A stretch of DNA of 64,000 nucleotides from the human T2T-CHM13v2.0 reference genome, Homo sapiens. The notes under the pieces were generated by a model. That model was not told where the DNA came from. It saw only the letters and a list, made by a program, of their open reading frames with translations, and ran no database searches. Both the position numbers and the translations under genes were made by a program. Positions 45,335 to 58,985 of the stretch are shown one piece after another; within the stretch, counting starts at the first letter, position 1, and every line of letters starts with the position of its first letter. The stretch lies in NCBI RefSeq assembly GCF_009914755.1, contig NC_060933.1; one strand, given 5' to 3'.

Positions 45335-46166
45335 ATGCATACACAAATTTGTTTCGGAGTTGTAAAGTTACAGGAATTGTTTTCTTCCTTATGTTTCTGT
45401 ATGTAAAGATAGTTTAATAATATCTTTATAGTGGAAGATAGGAAAAAAAACAGTTATTTTTATTTTTATAAAAAGTAAACTAAACAATATAATCCACCTA
45501 ATCATCCTAATCTCTGGAATCAATTCACTTTCTACAAATAGGACTCTCACCAAGTTCCTCATGGTCTTCCCTGCTGATGCCCACTTTTTCTCAAACTCCT
45601 CTCGTGCACCCTCATTTAGCTAATTTAGGATGCTCTAAATGTTAGGTCTGTCCCTTTGTACAATCTTTACATGTGGATTTAGCATGCCTCTCTCCCGGTC
45701 CAAAAGATTCATTGATTTTTTATTTCTAAAAGTGACCATTACTTGGTGGGACATATCACACTTGGAGAAGTGACTGAATATTTGGGAAATAGATCCTTCA
45801 AAAAGAAAAAGCTGTTTTAATATTATAATTCCAAACCGTATTTTGGAAAACTTTCAAAAACCACATATTGCTTCCATAATAAAACCTATAAAACAGAAAG
45901 TTCATTTCCATTCATTTACCAACTAGTCATCACATACATACTATATAGCAGACATGAGTCTAGCTGCAGGACAAGTTTTGCTGGCTTAGTAAGAGGAAGC
46001 AGACAAGCTGGGGTAGTGCTGAGAAAAGATGGTCAAAGTGAAATATTGGAAAGGTTCTACAAAGTGGAAAATGACTTTTCCACTACTTTTGATGCTGTTT
46101 ACTACATCAAATCTCAACTCTGAATATTTTTTAGCAGCCTTGATAGCATAGCTTCACCTAAGCCAC

Positions 46167-46545
46167 TGTAGAGGATGGAATGGTGGACCCAAAAAGATAT
46201 ACCCATGCTCTAATTCCTGGAGTGTGTGAATGTGATCTTATCCAGGTAAGAGCTAAATCCAGTGACAAGTGTCCTTACAAGAGACACACAGGGAGAGGAG
46301 GAGAAGGTCATGTGAAGACAGAGGCTGAGACTGGAGTGATTACATCCACAAGCCAAGGAATACCACCAGAGGCTGAAAGAGGCAAAGAGAAACTCCCCCC
46401 TGGAGCCTTCAGAGAGAGTGCGACCCTGCTGACACACTTTAATTTCAGACTGTGACCTGCAGAATTGTGAGAGAATACATTTCCGTTGTTTTAAGCCACC
46501 AAGCTTGTGTTAATTTGTTACAGCAATCACAGTAAACTAATGAAG
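46167..46545 (+). mobile_element. MLT1C/D MaLR LTR with internal deletion
   Basis: tgtagaggatggaatggtggacccaaaaagatatacc...catgtgaagacagaggctgagactggagtgat...tttaagccaccaag...aaactaat. Confidence 0.85.
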
Positions 46546-47986
46546 CCATATCCTCTCATTTGCACTCAAGTTTCCACACCCTATAGCAACAGAGGGTATG
46601 TACAGTTGATATATAATAAATTCTTAATGGATTCCAGACAAATTGTTTTATGTAGTTTAAAAACTAGCTCTGGGGTAGGGGAGAGGGCTGAGGGCAGCCC
46701 AAATTGATTCAAAATTATTCTTCTGCTCATACAACATTCATAATCTTACTCCAGAAAAAAATATGGTAAAATATAGTATATTTTTCTTTCCTTGCTTACC
46801 ATGAGCTATACCAAACAAGAAAGGAAAAGCGCAGCACAAATAATTTTGATATTTTTTCAAAGACAATATGCTCAATTTTTGAGAAAATTATTCTCTAAAT
46901 AATTCCAGAAATGTACTTTATCTTTCACATAGGATGTACATTGATTGGACCCTTATTTTTATTCTTTTCATATCTAAAGCACCTCCCATTAATCTCTTCT
47001 CTTTAGCTATGATAACTAACACATATGTGAATTTTCATTTGGCAAGAGTGGATTTGGAAATCCAATATTCAGAAACCATTCAGAGTTCTAACTTTGTTAC
47101 CTAGTAATTATAAATTAAACCACAAACCAAGACTGTACAATACTCAATGCTAAATGTAAAGAAGTTTTACATTCAAATAAAATAAAAATTTCATATAAGA
47201 ACTAAGCATAAAACAGCATTGAAAATAGGAACACACTTATATAAAACGTAAAAGAAAACACAGAAAACAAGAGAAAAAGTTACCAGTTATATTTCTGCAA
47301 CACTTGAGCTTAACCTCCTAAAAATACTTTGGGCTGTAATTAAGCAAAAAGATAAGATAGATGGTGAGTGGAGGAAAGGGAAATAAATAAAGCTCTGAGT
47401 GGGAATTTCCTGACTAATGTGCCTTACCATTGGAGCTGAGCAACATCTGCATTGCTTGCATTTCCTTTCATTACCCCAACACCAATCACTTGCTCATTTA
47501 TCATTCCCATACTACGGCATTATTGAAATGTGATGATTCACTGCTTTCCATTGATCAAATAACATTCAGAGTTACTTTTCAAATGCTTTGCATATAGAGG
47601 TGACTAAATAACTAAAAAGCTGTGCATCTTCCTTTTTAATAACAAATTGAGGAAAAGATTTGGTAAACCTGATTTCTATTAACTTCTCCCATTAGCATGG
47701 AGCCCATGCTCTCTTCACCGGCTCCACAGACCTTCATGCCACTCTCCCGCCATGCCTGCTCATTCCACGTGCTTTCATGTGCCAACGGACAAAAAATGTG
47801 TCAACTGAGAACAATTGTGAGCCATTTACCTCAAATAAAAATATAAAGAGAACCGGGAGCAAATAGATGTGACAATTATGTAGGAGACTCTTTAGTATGT
47901 CATCTGGGAATACAGCATGTTATAGATGAACAGACCAGACTTTGTAAATCAGAAGTTATACTGCCATTCTTTCAGAATGTGACTAC

Positions 47987-47989
<3 letters not shown>

Positions 47990-48034
<45 letters not shown>
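47990..48034. repeat. (TG)n microsatellite, ~22 units
   Basis: Direct reading. Confidence 0.98.
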
Positions 48035-48035
<1 letters not shown>

Positions 48036-48884
48036 TGCTGAATGGAAAGAAATATGATCTATACGTGAGTCATTTTTGCAACCCTCTGAGAGCTTAGTGA
48101 TATGTCATTGGAGATGTTCAGAAACTGTTTATTGATTGTAATGGACATGTGGGTTTTCCTTTTCTACATTGTAGAATCTCATTTAGAGATGCCAGCATCT
48201 CTGGTTTAGTAACCCAAATGGAAGATGTGTTAGCCCTACTGAGAGTTTATAGGACCTCTATGATATGGCAATCACACATCTAAATTCAGTTCTGAGCAAA
48301 CTGCTGAAGGCAGCTGTCACCCATGCTTCCCTCTATAGGTAAGCACAGCTAAGGCAACAGCTAAATTCAACAAGATAATGTGGGCAGCTGTGAAAGGACA
48401 CAATCTCTTCTATATTGAATCTGAAAAATCTTGTAGTACAACACATATCAGATTCTCTCTCTCTTTCCCTTCCTCCGTCCTTTTCCCTCTGTCTCTGATA
48501 GGCAGGAAATGGATGGAACATTGACATTTATAGAGCACCTACCATGTGTTAGTTAAGTTGTGCCCTAGGTGCTTAACCTTACTTTAACCCTAACGAATTC
48601 AATTATGATAACAATATTGTCTTTGGAGAAACCTCAGCTCAGAATTCTTGCCAGCCCACTCTTCAGAGGTGTAAACTGATGCACAGTTAGCCCAACATCC
48701 ACATCCACCATCTTTCAAAGGAGCACAATAAGATCAACTGATCGATATGGAAACCTTAGGGCTGAGCCAACATATGAGCAGACTACATGGAAAAGTTTTC
48801 TTTAAATTAAAATGTAAGAAAATATTTTATTGATCACCGATTAAGGTCATAAGGAAAGCCGACTAGGGTGCAAACATTCAGAGA

Positions 48885-49114
48885 ATGTTGCAAATACTGG
48901 TGGGAATAAGACTATAGTTTGTAGCCTTGGTCATAGACAAGAATCAAGTTAAATGAAGTAGAAGAAAAGAGAGTGTGATCTACAACCTAGGAAAGATTAA
49001 GACAAAGATAAGTTCAGTCTCCAAGTTGGGAGCAAATATAGCTGATAACTCCATAGGTATTAATAGTTGTAATCAGTATTTAAAGCAAATAAAGAATTAG
49101 CCAGATGTATCCCA
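48885..49114 (+). repeat. Inverted duplication, arm 1 (230 bp)
   Basis: Reverse complement of 49918-50148 with one substitution and a 1-bp indel. Confidence 0.97.
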
Positions 49115-49353
49115 ATGTGAACAATGTCCCCAGGAGGCAAAAAAGTACTGTACACTTTCCAGGTATATCTAAGTTGTCCTCCAGTTTTTAGAAACCCTCT
49201 TAGAGCTAAAGGGACACTAGATTCAAGCCTTGGTTTCCCTTCATTGCATCTTATGCATATATCTTTGTGTTTTGTGAATTTAAAAATGTAATATTAGCAA
49301 GAATATATCTACCCAAGAACTTGGACTAGATATTCCAATTTGTACAGCATACA

Positions 49354-49722
49354 TGCTATGGACTGAATGTTTATGTCCCCCTCAAATTCATATGTTGAAA
49401 TCCTAACCCCCAATGGGATGGCATTTGGACATGGGGATCTTTGGGAGGTAATTAGGCCACGGGGGTGGCACCATCATGAAGGAGATTAGTGCTGTTTTAA
49501 AAGAGACCCCAGGAAGCTCACTTGCCCTTTCCTCCATGTGAGGTTACAGTGAGAAGATGGCTGCCTATAAATCAGAAAGAGGTCCCTTATCAGACACCAA
49601 ATCTACCAACACCTTGATCTTGAACTTCCCAGCCTCCAAAAATGTGAGAAATAAATTTCTGCTGTATATAAGCCACCCAGTCTATGGTATTTTTATTATA
49701 GCAGCCTGAATGGACTAAGACA
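49354..49722 (+). mobile_element. MLT1A0 MaLR solo LTR
   Basis: tgctatggactgaatgtttatgtcccc...gaatggactaagaca. Confidence 0.92.
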
Positions 49723-49917
49723 TTGAGTGTTAGCAATTTTAACCATATTTTCCATGAATAGCTAACACCATTATAAAACTATATCCTCAAATGAAAAATA
49801 AAGAATGTCACCACAATAAAAATGACATTTAAGATTCTTAACATTCACTTGGTGTATCCTGTGAGACACTTTGTCTCTGACAACTCATATTACCTGTGAT
49901 AACTCCATAGGTATTAA

Positions 49918-50148
49918 TGGGATACATCTGGCTAATTCTTTATTTGCTTTAAATACTGATTACAACTATTAATACCTATGGAGTTATCAGCTATATTTGC
50001 TCCCAACTTGGAGACTGAACTTATCTTTGTCTTAATCTTTCCTAGGTTGTAGATCACACTCTCTTTTTCTTCTACTTCATTTGACTTGATTCTTGTCTAT
50101 GACCAAGGCTACAAACTATAGTCTTATTCCCACCAGTATTTGCAACAT
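49918..50148 (-). repeat. Inverted duplication, arm 2 (231 bp)
   Basis: tgggatacatctggc...gtatttgcaacat is the reverse complement of arm 1. Confidence 0.97.
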
Positions 50149-50225
50149 GAAAATGAGCTAGATGAACACACAATGGATATAATGCTGCAGTGATTTCAAA
50201 ATAGACATCTTCTGTAGTACAGAAC

Positions 50226-50591
50226 TGATATGGTTTGCCTGTGTATCCACCAAAATCTCATCTTGAATTTTAGCTCCCATAATTCCCATATGTTGCAGGA
50301 GGGACCTGGTGGGAGGTAATTGAATCATGCAGGTGGATCTTTCCCATGCTGTTCTCATGATAGTGAATAAGTCTCATGAGATCTGATGGTTTTATAAATG
50401 GGAGTTCCCCTGCACAAGCTCTGTCTTACCTGCTGCCGTGTAAGACCTGACTTTGCTCCTCCTCGCCTTCTGCCATGATTGTGAGGCCTTCATAGCCATA
50501 TGAAACTGTGAGCCCATTAAACCTCTTTTTCTTTATAAATTACTCAGTCTTGGGTATGTCTTTATTAGCAGCATGACAACAGATTAATACA
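50226..50591 (+). mobile_element. THE1 (C/D-like) solo LTR
   Basis: tgatatggtttg...cagattaataca; perfect TSD agaac. Confidence 0.93.
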
Positions 50592-50659
50592 AGAACACAC
50601 ATATTCAAAACATGCCTGTTTTAGTTAAGCAGAAAAAAAGAAAAATTGTATGTATGTTT

Positions 50660-50790
50660 GTGTTCTATAAAGAAAATACAGCTAAAGAGTAACTATTGTG
50701 AAATCTAGGGGATAGGTGTCCGGGTCATTCGTTTCACTATTCTCCCTACTCTTGTATGTGTTTGAAATTTTCATGATCAGATATAACACA
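50660..50790 (+). mobile_element. L1M 3'-end fragment
   Basis: gggtcattcgtttcactattctccctactcttgtatgtgtttgaaattttcatgat. Confidence 0.6.
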
Positions 50791-51660
50791 TGTATACTGC
50801 AGTATGTAAAGCCAGTGGCTCCCATCCCATTAGAGTTTCCCATCACCTCACTGGGAGCTGCATGTGAAATGCTTGTCTCATTCATTGATGTAGCGGGCTG
50901 TGCCATTATTCAGGTGTCTAACAGGTCTCCTTATTAAGGAAAAAAAGCACTAACAATGCTTGTCTAATTGTGTCTGGACAATGTAAACAGCCCATCTTTA
51001 TCCAAGTTGAATTCCTAGTCTCCATAGTAGCATTTCAGTAACTATCAATCAATGTCTTTTTAGACTAGGCCCTGACAAACTGATAATAAAGATAATCTAA
51101 CACTTCAGATCTGATAAATATTGTAGTAGTACTGATAAGGATGAAAATAAACATTTTCCACAAAGGCTTCTGGAGACAAAAGCTCCAGCATTAAAGAAGT
51201 ATTGGATATGTAAAATAAAAGTGCTAACACCCCATTAAGGTGCAAATATAAGATTAGCCTAGACAAGTATGCAGGTGGTACAGATGTTCTGCACTATACT
51301 CGCTCATGTAACTTGGTAGATGATAAATCCTTTGGATCCGGACATTTTGAGAGGGGAAGTTGGTCAAAATCTTAAGAGAAAAGGGCGTTAAGGATTTATC
51401 AATATATTATCTCTCCACAGTCTCCACAGCTCTGCTCCTAAATATGTTTGTTAAAGAAGAACTTACTATTGTGAGTAACTTAAGAATTTATGAAGTCAAA
51501 ATGGCTTAGAGAGACAGGGGTCATAAATACCCTGTGAAAGTATTTAAAATATTATTTTACATATAATAATAACAAAAAAGGAAGGAAAGATGATGACAGT
51601 TCACAATAAAGAAAAATATCAATGGTTTCTTACATGTCTTGAATTTGTAAAAAGTGATTA

Positions 51661-52000
51661 TGAGACAGCCAAGTACAAAGGGGTCCCCAGAGAACCTCTG
51701 ACCGGCCTGCCCGCTGGGAGGAATGCACACTGGGGTGGAGCTTCAGGAAGTTTGCGCCATTTGCAGTGGGGAAGAGCCTGGCCTCTCCTGTTCTGGGGTG
51801 GTAACCAGGGTTTCAGTTCGTGAGGTGGAAGCCTGCTAGCAGGACTCTTGCTTTGCTGAAAGCCCTTATTTCCCTTTTTTCCCTTTGCTCTCAATAAACC
51901 CTGTCCTTCTCACCCTTCAAAGTGTCTGCGAGCCTGAACTTTCATGGTCGTGTGACAAAAGCACATCTTTTAGCTGAACCAAGGAGAAAGTCCTACAACA
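51661..52000 (+). mobile_element. MER61-family ERV1 solo LTR
   Basis: tgagacagccaagtacaaaggggtcccc...aataaaccctgtccttctcacccttcaa...aggagaaagtcctacaaca; TG...CA ends. Confidence 0.8.
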
Positions 52001-52151
52001 GTTTCTAAATGATACATTTCCATGGTCTGTCTCCTGCTCACTGAAAAACTTGAGCATATTCTTTATGGTGATGGTCCTGCATTTGTTTTGCTTTATGCAG
52101 TCATATCCATATGCAAAGACACATAAAAACCTGTTTGGTCCTTCATCCTAC

Positions 52152-52471
52152 TTTTATTTTTAATTAATTTATTATTATTATTTTTAGAGACAGGATCTTG
52201 CTCAGCCTTCCAGGCTGGAGTGCAGTGGTACAATCATAGCTCACAGTAACCTCAAACTCCTGGACTCAAATGATCCTCCCTCCTTAGCCTCACAACTAAC
52301 CAGGGCTACAGCTGCATGCCACCATACCCATCTACCTTTTACAATTTTTTTGTAGAGATGGGGTCATGCTGTGTTGCCCAAGGCTGGTCTTGAACTCCTG
52401 GACTCAAGTGATCCTCCTGCCTTGGCCCCCCAAAATGCTAGAATTTTAGGAATGAACCACCATGCTCAGCC
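52152..52471 (-). mobile_element. AluJ
   Basis: Antisense dimer with J diagnostics (atcatagctcac, ctcctggactcaagtgatcctcc). Confidence 0.92.
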
Positions 52472-52600
52472 CCTCTACCCTATTTGTAAATTTTTGTCTT
52501 GTTTTGTTTTCATCTTACTAGTCAGAATAAATTGTGATTTCTGTATATTAGAAACCAAACTCTCACAAATGTGAAAAAGATATTAAAAGTATTTGTATGT

Positions 52601-52967
52601 TGTGTTAGTTTATTCTCACTTTGCTGATAAAGACATACTCGAGACTGGGCAATTTACAAAAGAAAGAGATTTAATGGACTTACAGTTCTGTGTGGCTGGG
52701 GAAGCCTCGCAATCATGATGGAAGGCAAGGAGGAACAAGACATGTCTTACATAGATGGCAGCAGGCAAACAGAAAGAACTTGTGCAGGGAAACTTCCATT
52801 TTAAAACCATCAGATCCTGGGAGACTTATTCACTATCATAAGAACAACATGGGAAAGACCTGCCCCCATGATTCAATTACCTCCCACAGGGTCCCTCTCA
52901 TAATATGTGGGAATCATGGGAGCTACAAGATGAGATTTCAGTGGGGACACAGAGCCAAACCATATCA
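52601..52967 (-). mobile_element. THE1B-like solo LTR
   Basis: gctgataaagacatac..gagactgggcaatttacaaaagaaagag...agagccaaaccatatca; TSD tatgt. Confidence 0.93.
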
Positions 52968-52994
52968 TATGTCAAATAAGAACTGGAGTTTGGA

Positions 52995-53288
52995 GGCAGG
53001 GCACGGTGGCTCACGCCTGTAATCCTAGTACTTTAGGAGACTGAGACAGGTGGATCATGAGGTCAGGAGATCAAGACCATCCTGGCTAACATGGTGAAGC
53101 CCCATCTCTACTAAAAATACAAAAAAAAAAAAAATTCACTGGGTGTGGTGGCGGGCACCTGCAGTCCTAGCTACTCGGGAGGCTAAGGCAGGAGAATGGC
53201 ATGAACCTGGGAGGCGGAGCTTGCAGTGAGCGCGCCACTGCACTCTAGACTGGGTAACAGAGCAAGACTCTGTCTCAAAAAAAAAAAA
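52995..53288 (+). mobile_element. AluY
   Basis: gagatcaagaccatcctggctaac, gagaatggcatg, gagcttgcag; TSD tggagtttgg. Confidence 0.92.
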
Positions 53289-55652
53289 GAGTTGGAGTTT
53301 GGGATAAATAATTGAACTGTCATTAATTAAAACATGGATTCATAGTGGCCTGCCTGACCAGTAAGAAACCCTGCATAAAAGCTCATGACTCTCATGATTA
53401 TAATCTACTCATTCATAGGTGGTATCTAACTTGTGAAAAAAAAATTTACCAGCAATAATCCTATGAATATACAATTGTCTTAATTATCAAAGCACATTTT
53501 AATTTCTTATCTATTTTTTGTTTAAAAATTGTTCTGGCAATGTCAAGCATGAACTACGGTATAGGAATTTTATATTTTACAATCTCTATTGCATATTTTT
53601 TTTCTCATTGCGTACTATCAAGTCCTTTTGGTCTCTCACTCTCCCTCACCCACACTCTCTTTCTGTCACTCTCATTCCCTTAACCCACAGATTATTTCTG
53701 AGAACAACTAAAATGAAAAATGACAGAAAAGACAGATAACACAGTCTTCTGTCTTCGATATTCACAATAAGTAAGGAAACAAGGTTTTTGTGTTTTTGGT
53801 TTTCTCCAGATAGTTCATAGCCCACACTCAACCAACCCCCTCCACCACAATCTAAGAGTACTATTTTTGTAAGAACTAGAAAGAAACATAAGCCCTTATG
53901 ACTTGACTTCTCTTGGGTGAAGAGGAGTGTGGTGGCCCAGGAATGCCACCATCTCCTCTACATTGCTCAGGTTTTCGCTCCATTAAAGTGAACCTGTCAC
54001 TAGCATTCTGTTTCCCAGAGCATCTTCCTCACTGGTCATCAGAAAAGGAAACTGACATGAAATTAAATCTCATTCTACAGGAAATATGATTGAGGGCTTT
54101 AAGCTTGTCTTGATTTGTGGAAACATGAATATCCCAAGCCATTATCATTGGGCCAGGGACACTAATAATAAAAGAACTGTTTGATGAAGTAAATATCTAC
54201 ACAGGACAAAAACATTAAAAAATGGGTAACAAAATTAGTCACTGTTCCTGCATTGTCTCTCTGAGAAATGAGATGCTTTTAAAGCAAACACTCTACACTT
54301 TAAGAGGGAGCCACGATGAATGATTACGCTTCAACTTATCCAGCAAGGAAAATAATTGTACATCAAAACAGAAACAAGGTGTCTTAAAAATTGTAGATGA
54401 AGTAAGAAATGTATTTTCTATCTTAAAAAGAGGAAAGAAAAAGAAATAAGCAAGTAATTGCTGCCTCCTTTCAAAGGGTTAAGTGTTTCTGATTAGCTTT
54501 GGGTCATGCATCACATTTTGAGTGCCTAAGCTTAACGACACACTTCATTGAACCCCATCTAGAAAGCTTCATGCTTATGAAGGTGTTCCTCTTGATTGCT
54601 TCTCATCTGGGCTACAAAATGACTGGGTTAGAGACTGACATTGATTAAGTGCAAGAGAACCATGTTTTACTGTGACAGCTGCTAGGCCTCTGTCAACAAA
54701 TCAATGTATTTTTTTTTCCTTTTCGTCTTAACTCTCCCGTTAGCATCCTGCTGTTACTAGAGATGAAAAACATCTCTATAACCGTCTGCTGATTGACCAC
54801 TTTCTGATTTGCCAATCACATAAAATGTTTTTATGATGGAAAAGACTAACCCTTCATTCTAAGCAGCTTTTTGTGCACAAATAGTGCAATTCACTGGAAT
54901 TCTCTGGAGTGTGGCTGCTGCTCCTGTCATTTAGAATCACAATAAAGAGTAAGACATATTTTGCAGAAAAATGTCATTTTACTTCCTGAATTTGATCGGT
55001 AAGAGTACAAATGCACCCTGTCCATGAATTTGGGGAGTGTTTTAGCAGTGGTCTCACTCACAGATCTTCAACTGTCTAGATAAGGCAGTCATCCTTAATA
55101 GCTTTTTGCTCACAGAATACCTTTAGTTATTTATAACAGGGTGAGGTTGTTAAAAGTTGACCTCCCTTAGCATCATGCTGTGCAGGAGGTGTGGCTAGGG
55201 GACAGCAAATATAGAGATCCCCAAGCAACAGTGGTTCAAAATAGGACTTTTACAGACATATTGCTTAAAATAGCAGACTAGCCTCCAGCCTTCTACCACC
55301 AACTGTGTGGCTTCGGATTGAGCCCCAAGCTTGCTTGATTGGAACAAACACATGGGGAAAACCTATATAGAATGTGCAAATTACTGCCTAGAGACAAGAC
55401 AGAGCACTCTGGGGCTTTTTAATGAAAAGTGTATTTTCATATGCATATGCATTTGTATATGATTTTATTTCATAACCAAATAAATAACCACAAACCAAGA
55501 TTTTCACCTGGTAAAGCTTGGACAACGTGGCTTATTGTGCCTAGTCAATTTCTCTTCATGCTGTTAGTAATAAACCCAAAGGAAATACAAAATTTCACTG
55601 AAAACTTGTTACATCTTCAACAGACCAAGCCGCCAATAGGATTTCAGCACTA

Positions 55653-56133
<481 letters not shown>

Positions 56134-56944
56134 CTCAGATTTCCTGTATAATGTGGAAAAAAAACTACTTGTTCAGATCAAGGAAAGCATCACTAACCAT
56201 TTTAAGGAACACAAAGAAATGGTCCACTTAAGAGGTCAGGTTTCCAAGTGGGGTAGCACTGGACAGAAATTCTGGCTGTATACCAATTGTCCTCTACCTT
56301 GCTCCTCCTGGGATGCCCCCTGAAGGCCCCATGCTGCACAAAATCCTGCACAAAAGAGGATAGCTACAGTAACATCTTTTCCTTATTTCATCCAGGAGAG
56401 AAGAAATAGAGCTAATACGAAAAAGTAATGCATCCAAAGGTAAAAAGAGAAAGAGGTAAGATGGCCTAACTTAGTCATGAGGAAAACAGAAAAGCATCTG
56501 GAGAGGGTTCCAGAAGGGTTCAAGCTAAACAGCTCTTTGGTGTTTTCCGGCACTGGTCTCCACACTTGTGGAGGTATTCTGTTATTATGAAAAAGTTAGC
56601 TTCCCCTTGCATTTAGGAAAATCTCTTTCTGATTGCCATAGAGAGGTCATTAGAGTTTTCAAAAGTTTTGAAGTTCCCAGTAACATTTAGAAATAAAGAG
56701 TTACAAATAGTAAGTAGATCTGGTTTTGTTATAAATGACCAAAATAGAAAATAAATTAGGATAGTAACAAAAATCAAAAGAAATAGTTTCCCATTTGACT
56801 TCATGCCCACACAAAAAGTCTCTTAGAATTACAAGGAAATATATCATCTCTCTCAGAGTTTTTCTTCACATTCACCCATGTTTGCCCTTTTATATTATTA
56901 CTTTAAGAACCAAAAAGCTTGAACAATGGATACTATTGCATCTA

Positions 56945-57499
56945 CGTGATGGTTAATAATGAGTGTCAACTTGATTGAAGGATGCAAAGTATTATTCCTG
57001 AGTGTGTCTGTAAGGATGTTGCCAAAGGAGATTAACATTTGAGTCAGTGGAATGGGAGAGGCAGACCCACCCTCAATCTGGGTGGACACCATCTAATCAG
57101 CTGCCAGCATGGCTAGAATAAAGCAGGCAGGAGAAGAGGGAAGAGCAGACTTGCTGAGTCTTTGTGGCTTTCATCTTTCTCCCATGCTGGATGCTTCCTG
57201 CCCTTGAACATCAGACTCCAAGTTCTTCAACTTTTGGACCCTTGGACTTACAGCAGTGGTTTGCCAGAGGTTCTCGGGCCTTTGGTCACAGACTGAAGGC
57301 TGTACTGTCAGCTTCCCTGCTTTTGAGGTTTTGGGACTCGGACTGATCCACCACTGGCTTCCTTGCTCCTCAACTTGCAGACAGCCTATTGCGGGACTTT
57401 ACCTTGTGATCGTGTGAGTCAATTCTCCTTAATAAACTCCCTTTCATATATACATATATCCTATTAGTTCTGTTCCTCTAGAGAACTGTGATGAATACA
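56945..57499 (+). mobile_element. MLT2A (HERV-L) solo LTR
   Basis: gtgatggttaataatgagtgtcaacttgattgaaggatgcaaagtatt...cctattagttctgttcctctagagaac..aataca; TSD atcta/atctg. Confidence 0.93.
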
Positions 57500-57538
57500 A
57501 TCTGTTATGAAATATCCACACATAAAAATGTTATATCA

Positions 57539-57828
<290 letters not shown>

Positions 57829-58546
57829 GAAGTTATATCAAAACATTTATAAATGTTGCACATACTCCCTGTTTGAATAACAAAATTTGCTTTTATTTTT
57901 TCCACTTCTCTTACTTTAATCATAAGGAAACTTTTTATTCTAAAAGAAGTAAAAATTAAATTAGGGCAAATAAATGATTAAAACCCATTATGGTTATATT
58001 TAGTCCCAGCTTTTTTATGAGTGAAAGGGATTCTTTATATTATCAGAAAGTTGAGATCCAAAATAAATTTTGTTTTAAGCTTTCAGAATGTTTCTTTCTG
58101 TCTGTCATATGCCTTTAAAAACTTTCCTTTTGTCTCTTCTCTCATAAATGAAAGAATAATTCCAGGCATTTAGGGTTTCATTCAGCTTTTTATAACATAT
58201 GGGAATTATGGGAACCTTATGTACAGAGACTCCTTTCTAATTGTCCTAACATGTTGCTGAAGAGGAAGCACTTGTCATGATGTTCTCAAGCCCAGCTTTA
58301 TCCTAGGTCTAAGACTACGTATTTGGCCTAAAAGGAAAGGACTGAAACTTTCATCAACCCTAGGCTGATGACTATAATTTAAAGTATTGTCTTGTCTGAG
58401 ACAGTTCAAGCTTCATATTGAAATTATTATCTGTGCTGGGACAGAAATGCCACATACATAGGAAAATTTAAATATCCAAGAAAGAGCCTGAAGTTCATTT
58501 ACATATACACACTTTTTAGGTATGTAAACAGGTACATTGGATTGCA

Positions 58547-58985
58547 TTGTATCTTAGACTGTGTTCCATGGAAACAGATGCTGAAATGGAGAATTGCTTC
58601 CAAAAGGTTAACTAAGTCAAGCTCTTGAGATCTACACTTCTGAAGCAGGAAAAATGGCAGAACTGAGCAGTGGGAAAAAGTGACCTGCAAGGTAGCTGCT
58701 GCTGGAGCATCCACACATCTTAGGGAGCCCTGAGGATGAAATGGCCCATAAGAGTTGTGTTCAGTTGAGGCAAAGTTTCTGGCCTTTATCTCCATAGCAG
58801 CCAGTCTGGGGCCTTGGGCAGCTCCCTATGAGGGAGTACACATGTGGGTGAGTCAGTTCCTACATCCACAACCAATGCCCAGTAAAGAAAACAGCTGTGA
58901 GCTGCTAGCCACAGACATTCCAGCCAACTAAAGAATGGGTGCATCAGACAGTAGAGGGGGTCTGGGAGAAGCCATGGAGTAGCAA
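58547..58985 (-). mobile_element. Old MLT1 (H/I-type) MaLR LTR
   Basis: tgtatcttagactgtgttccatggaaacagatgctgaaatggaga...gctgtgagctgctagccac...gggtgcatc. Confidence 0.55.

Noticed and set aside
51700-51735. p53 response element in the MER61 LTR
   Set aside because: MER61 subfamilies are known p53-site carriers, but I see no intact paired RRRCWWGYYY in this copy.
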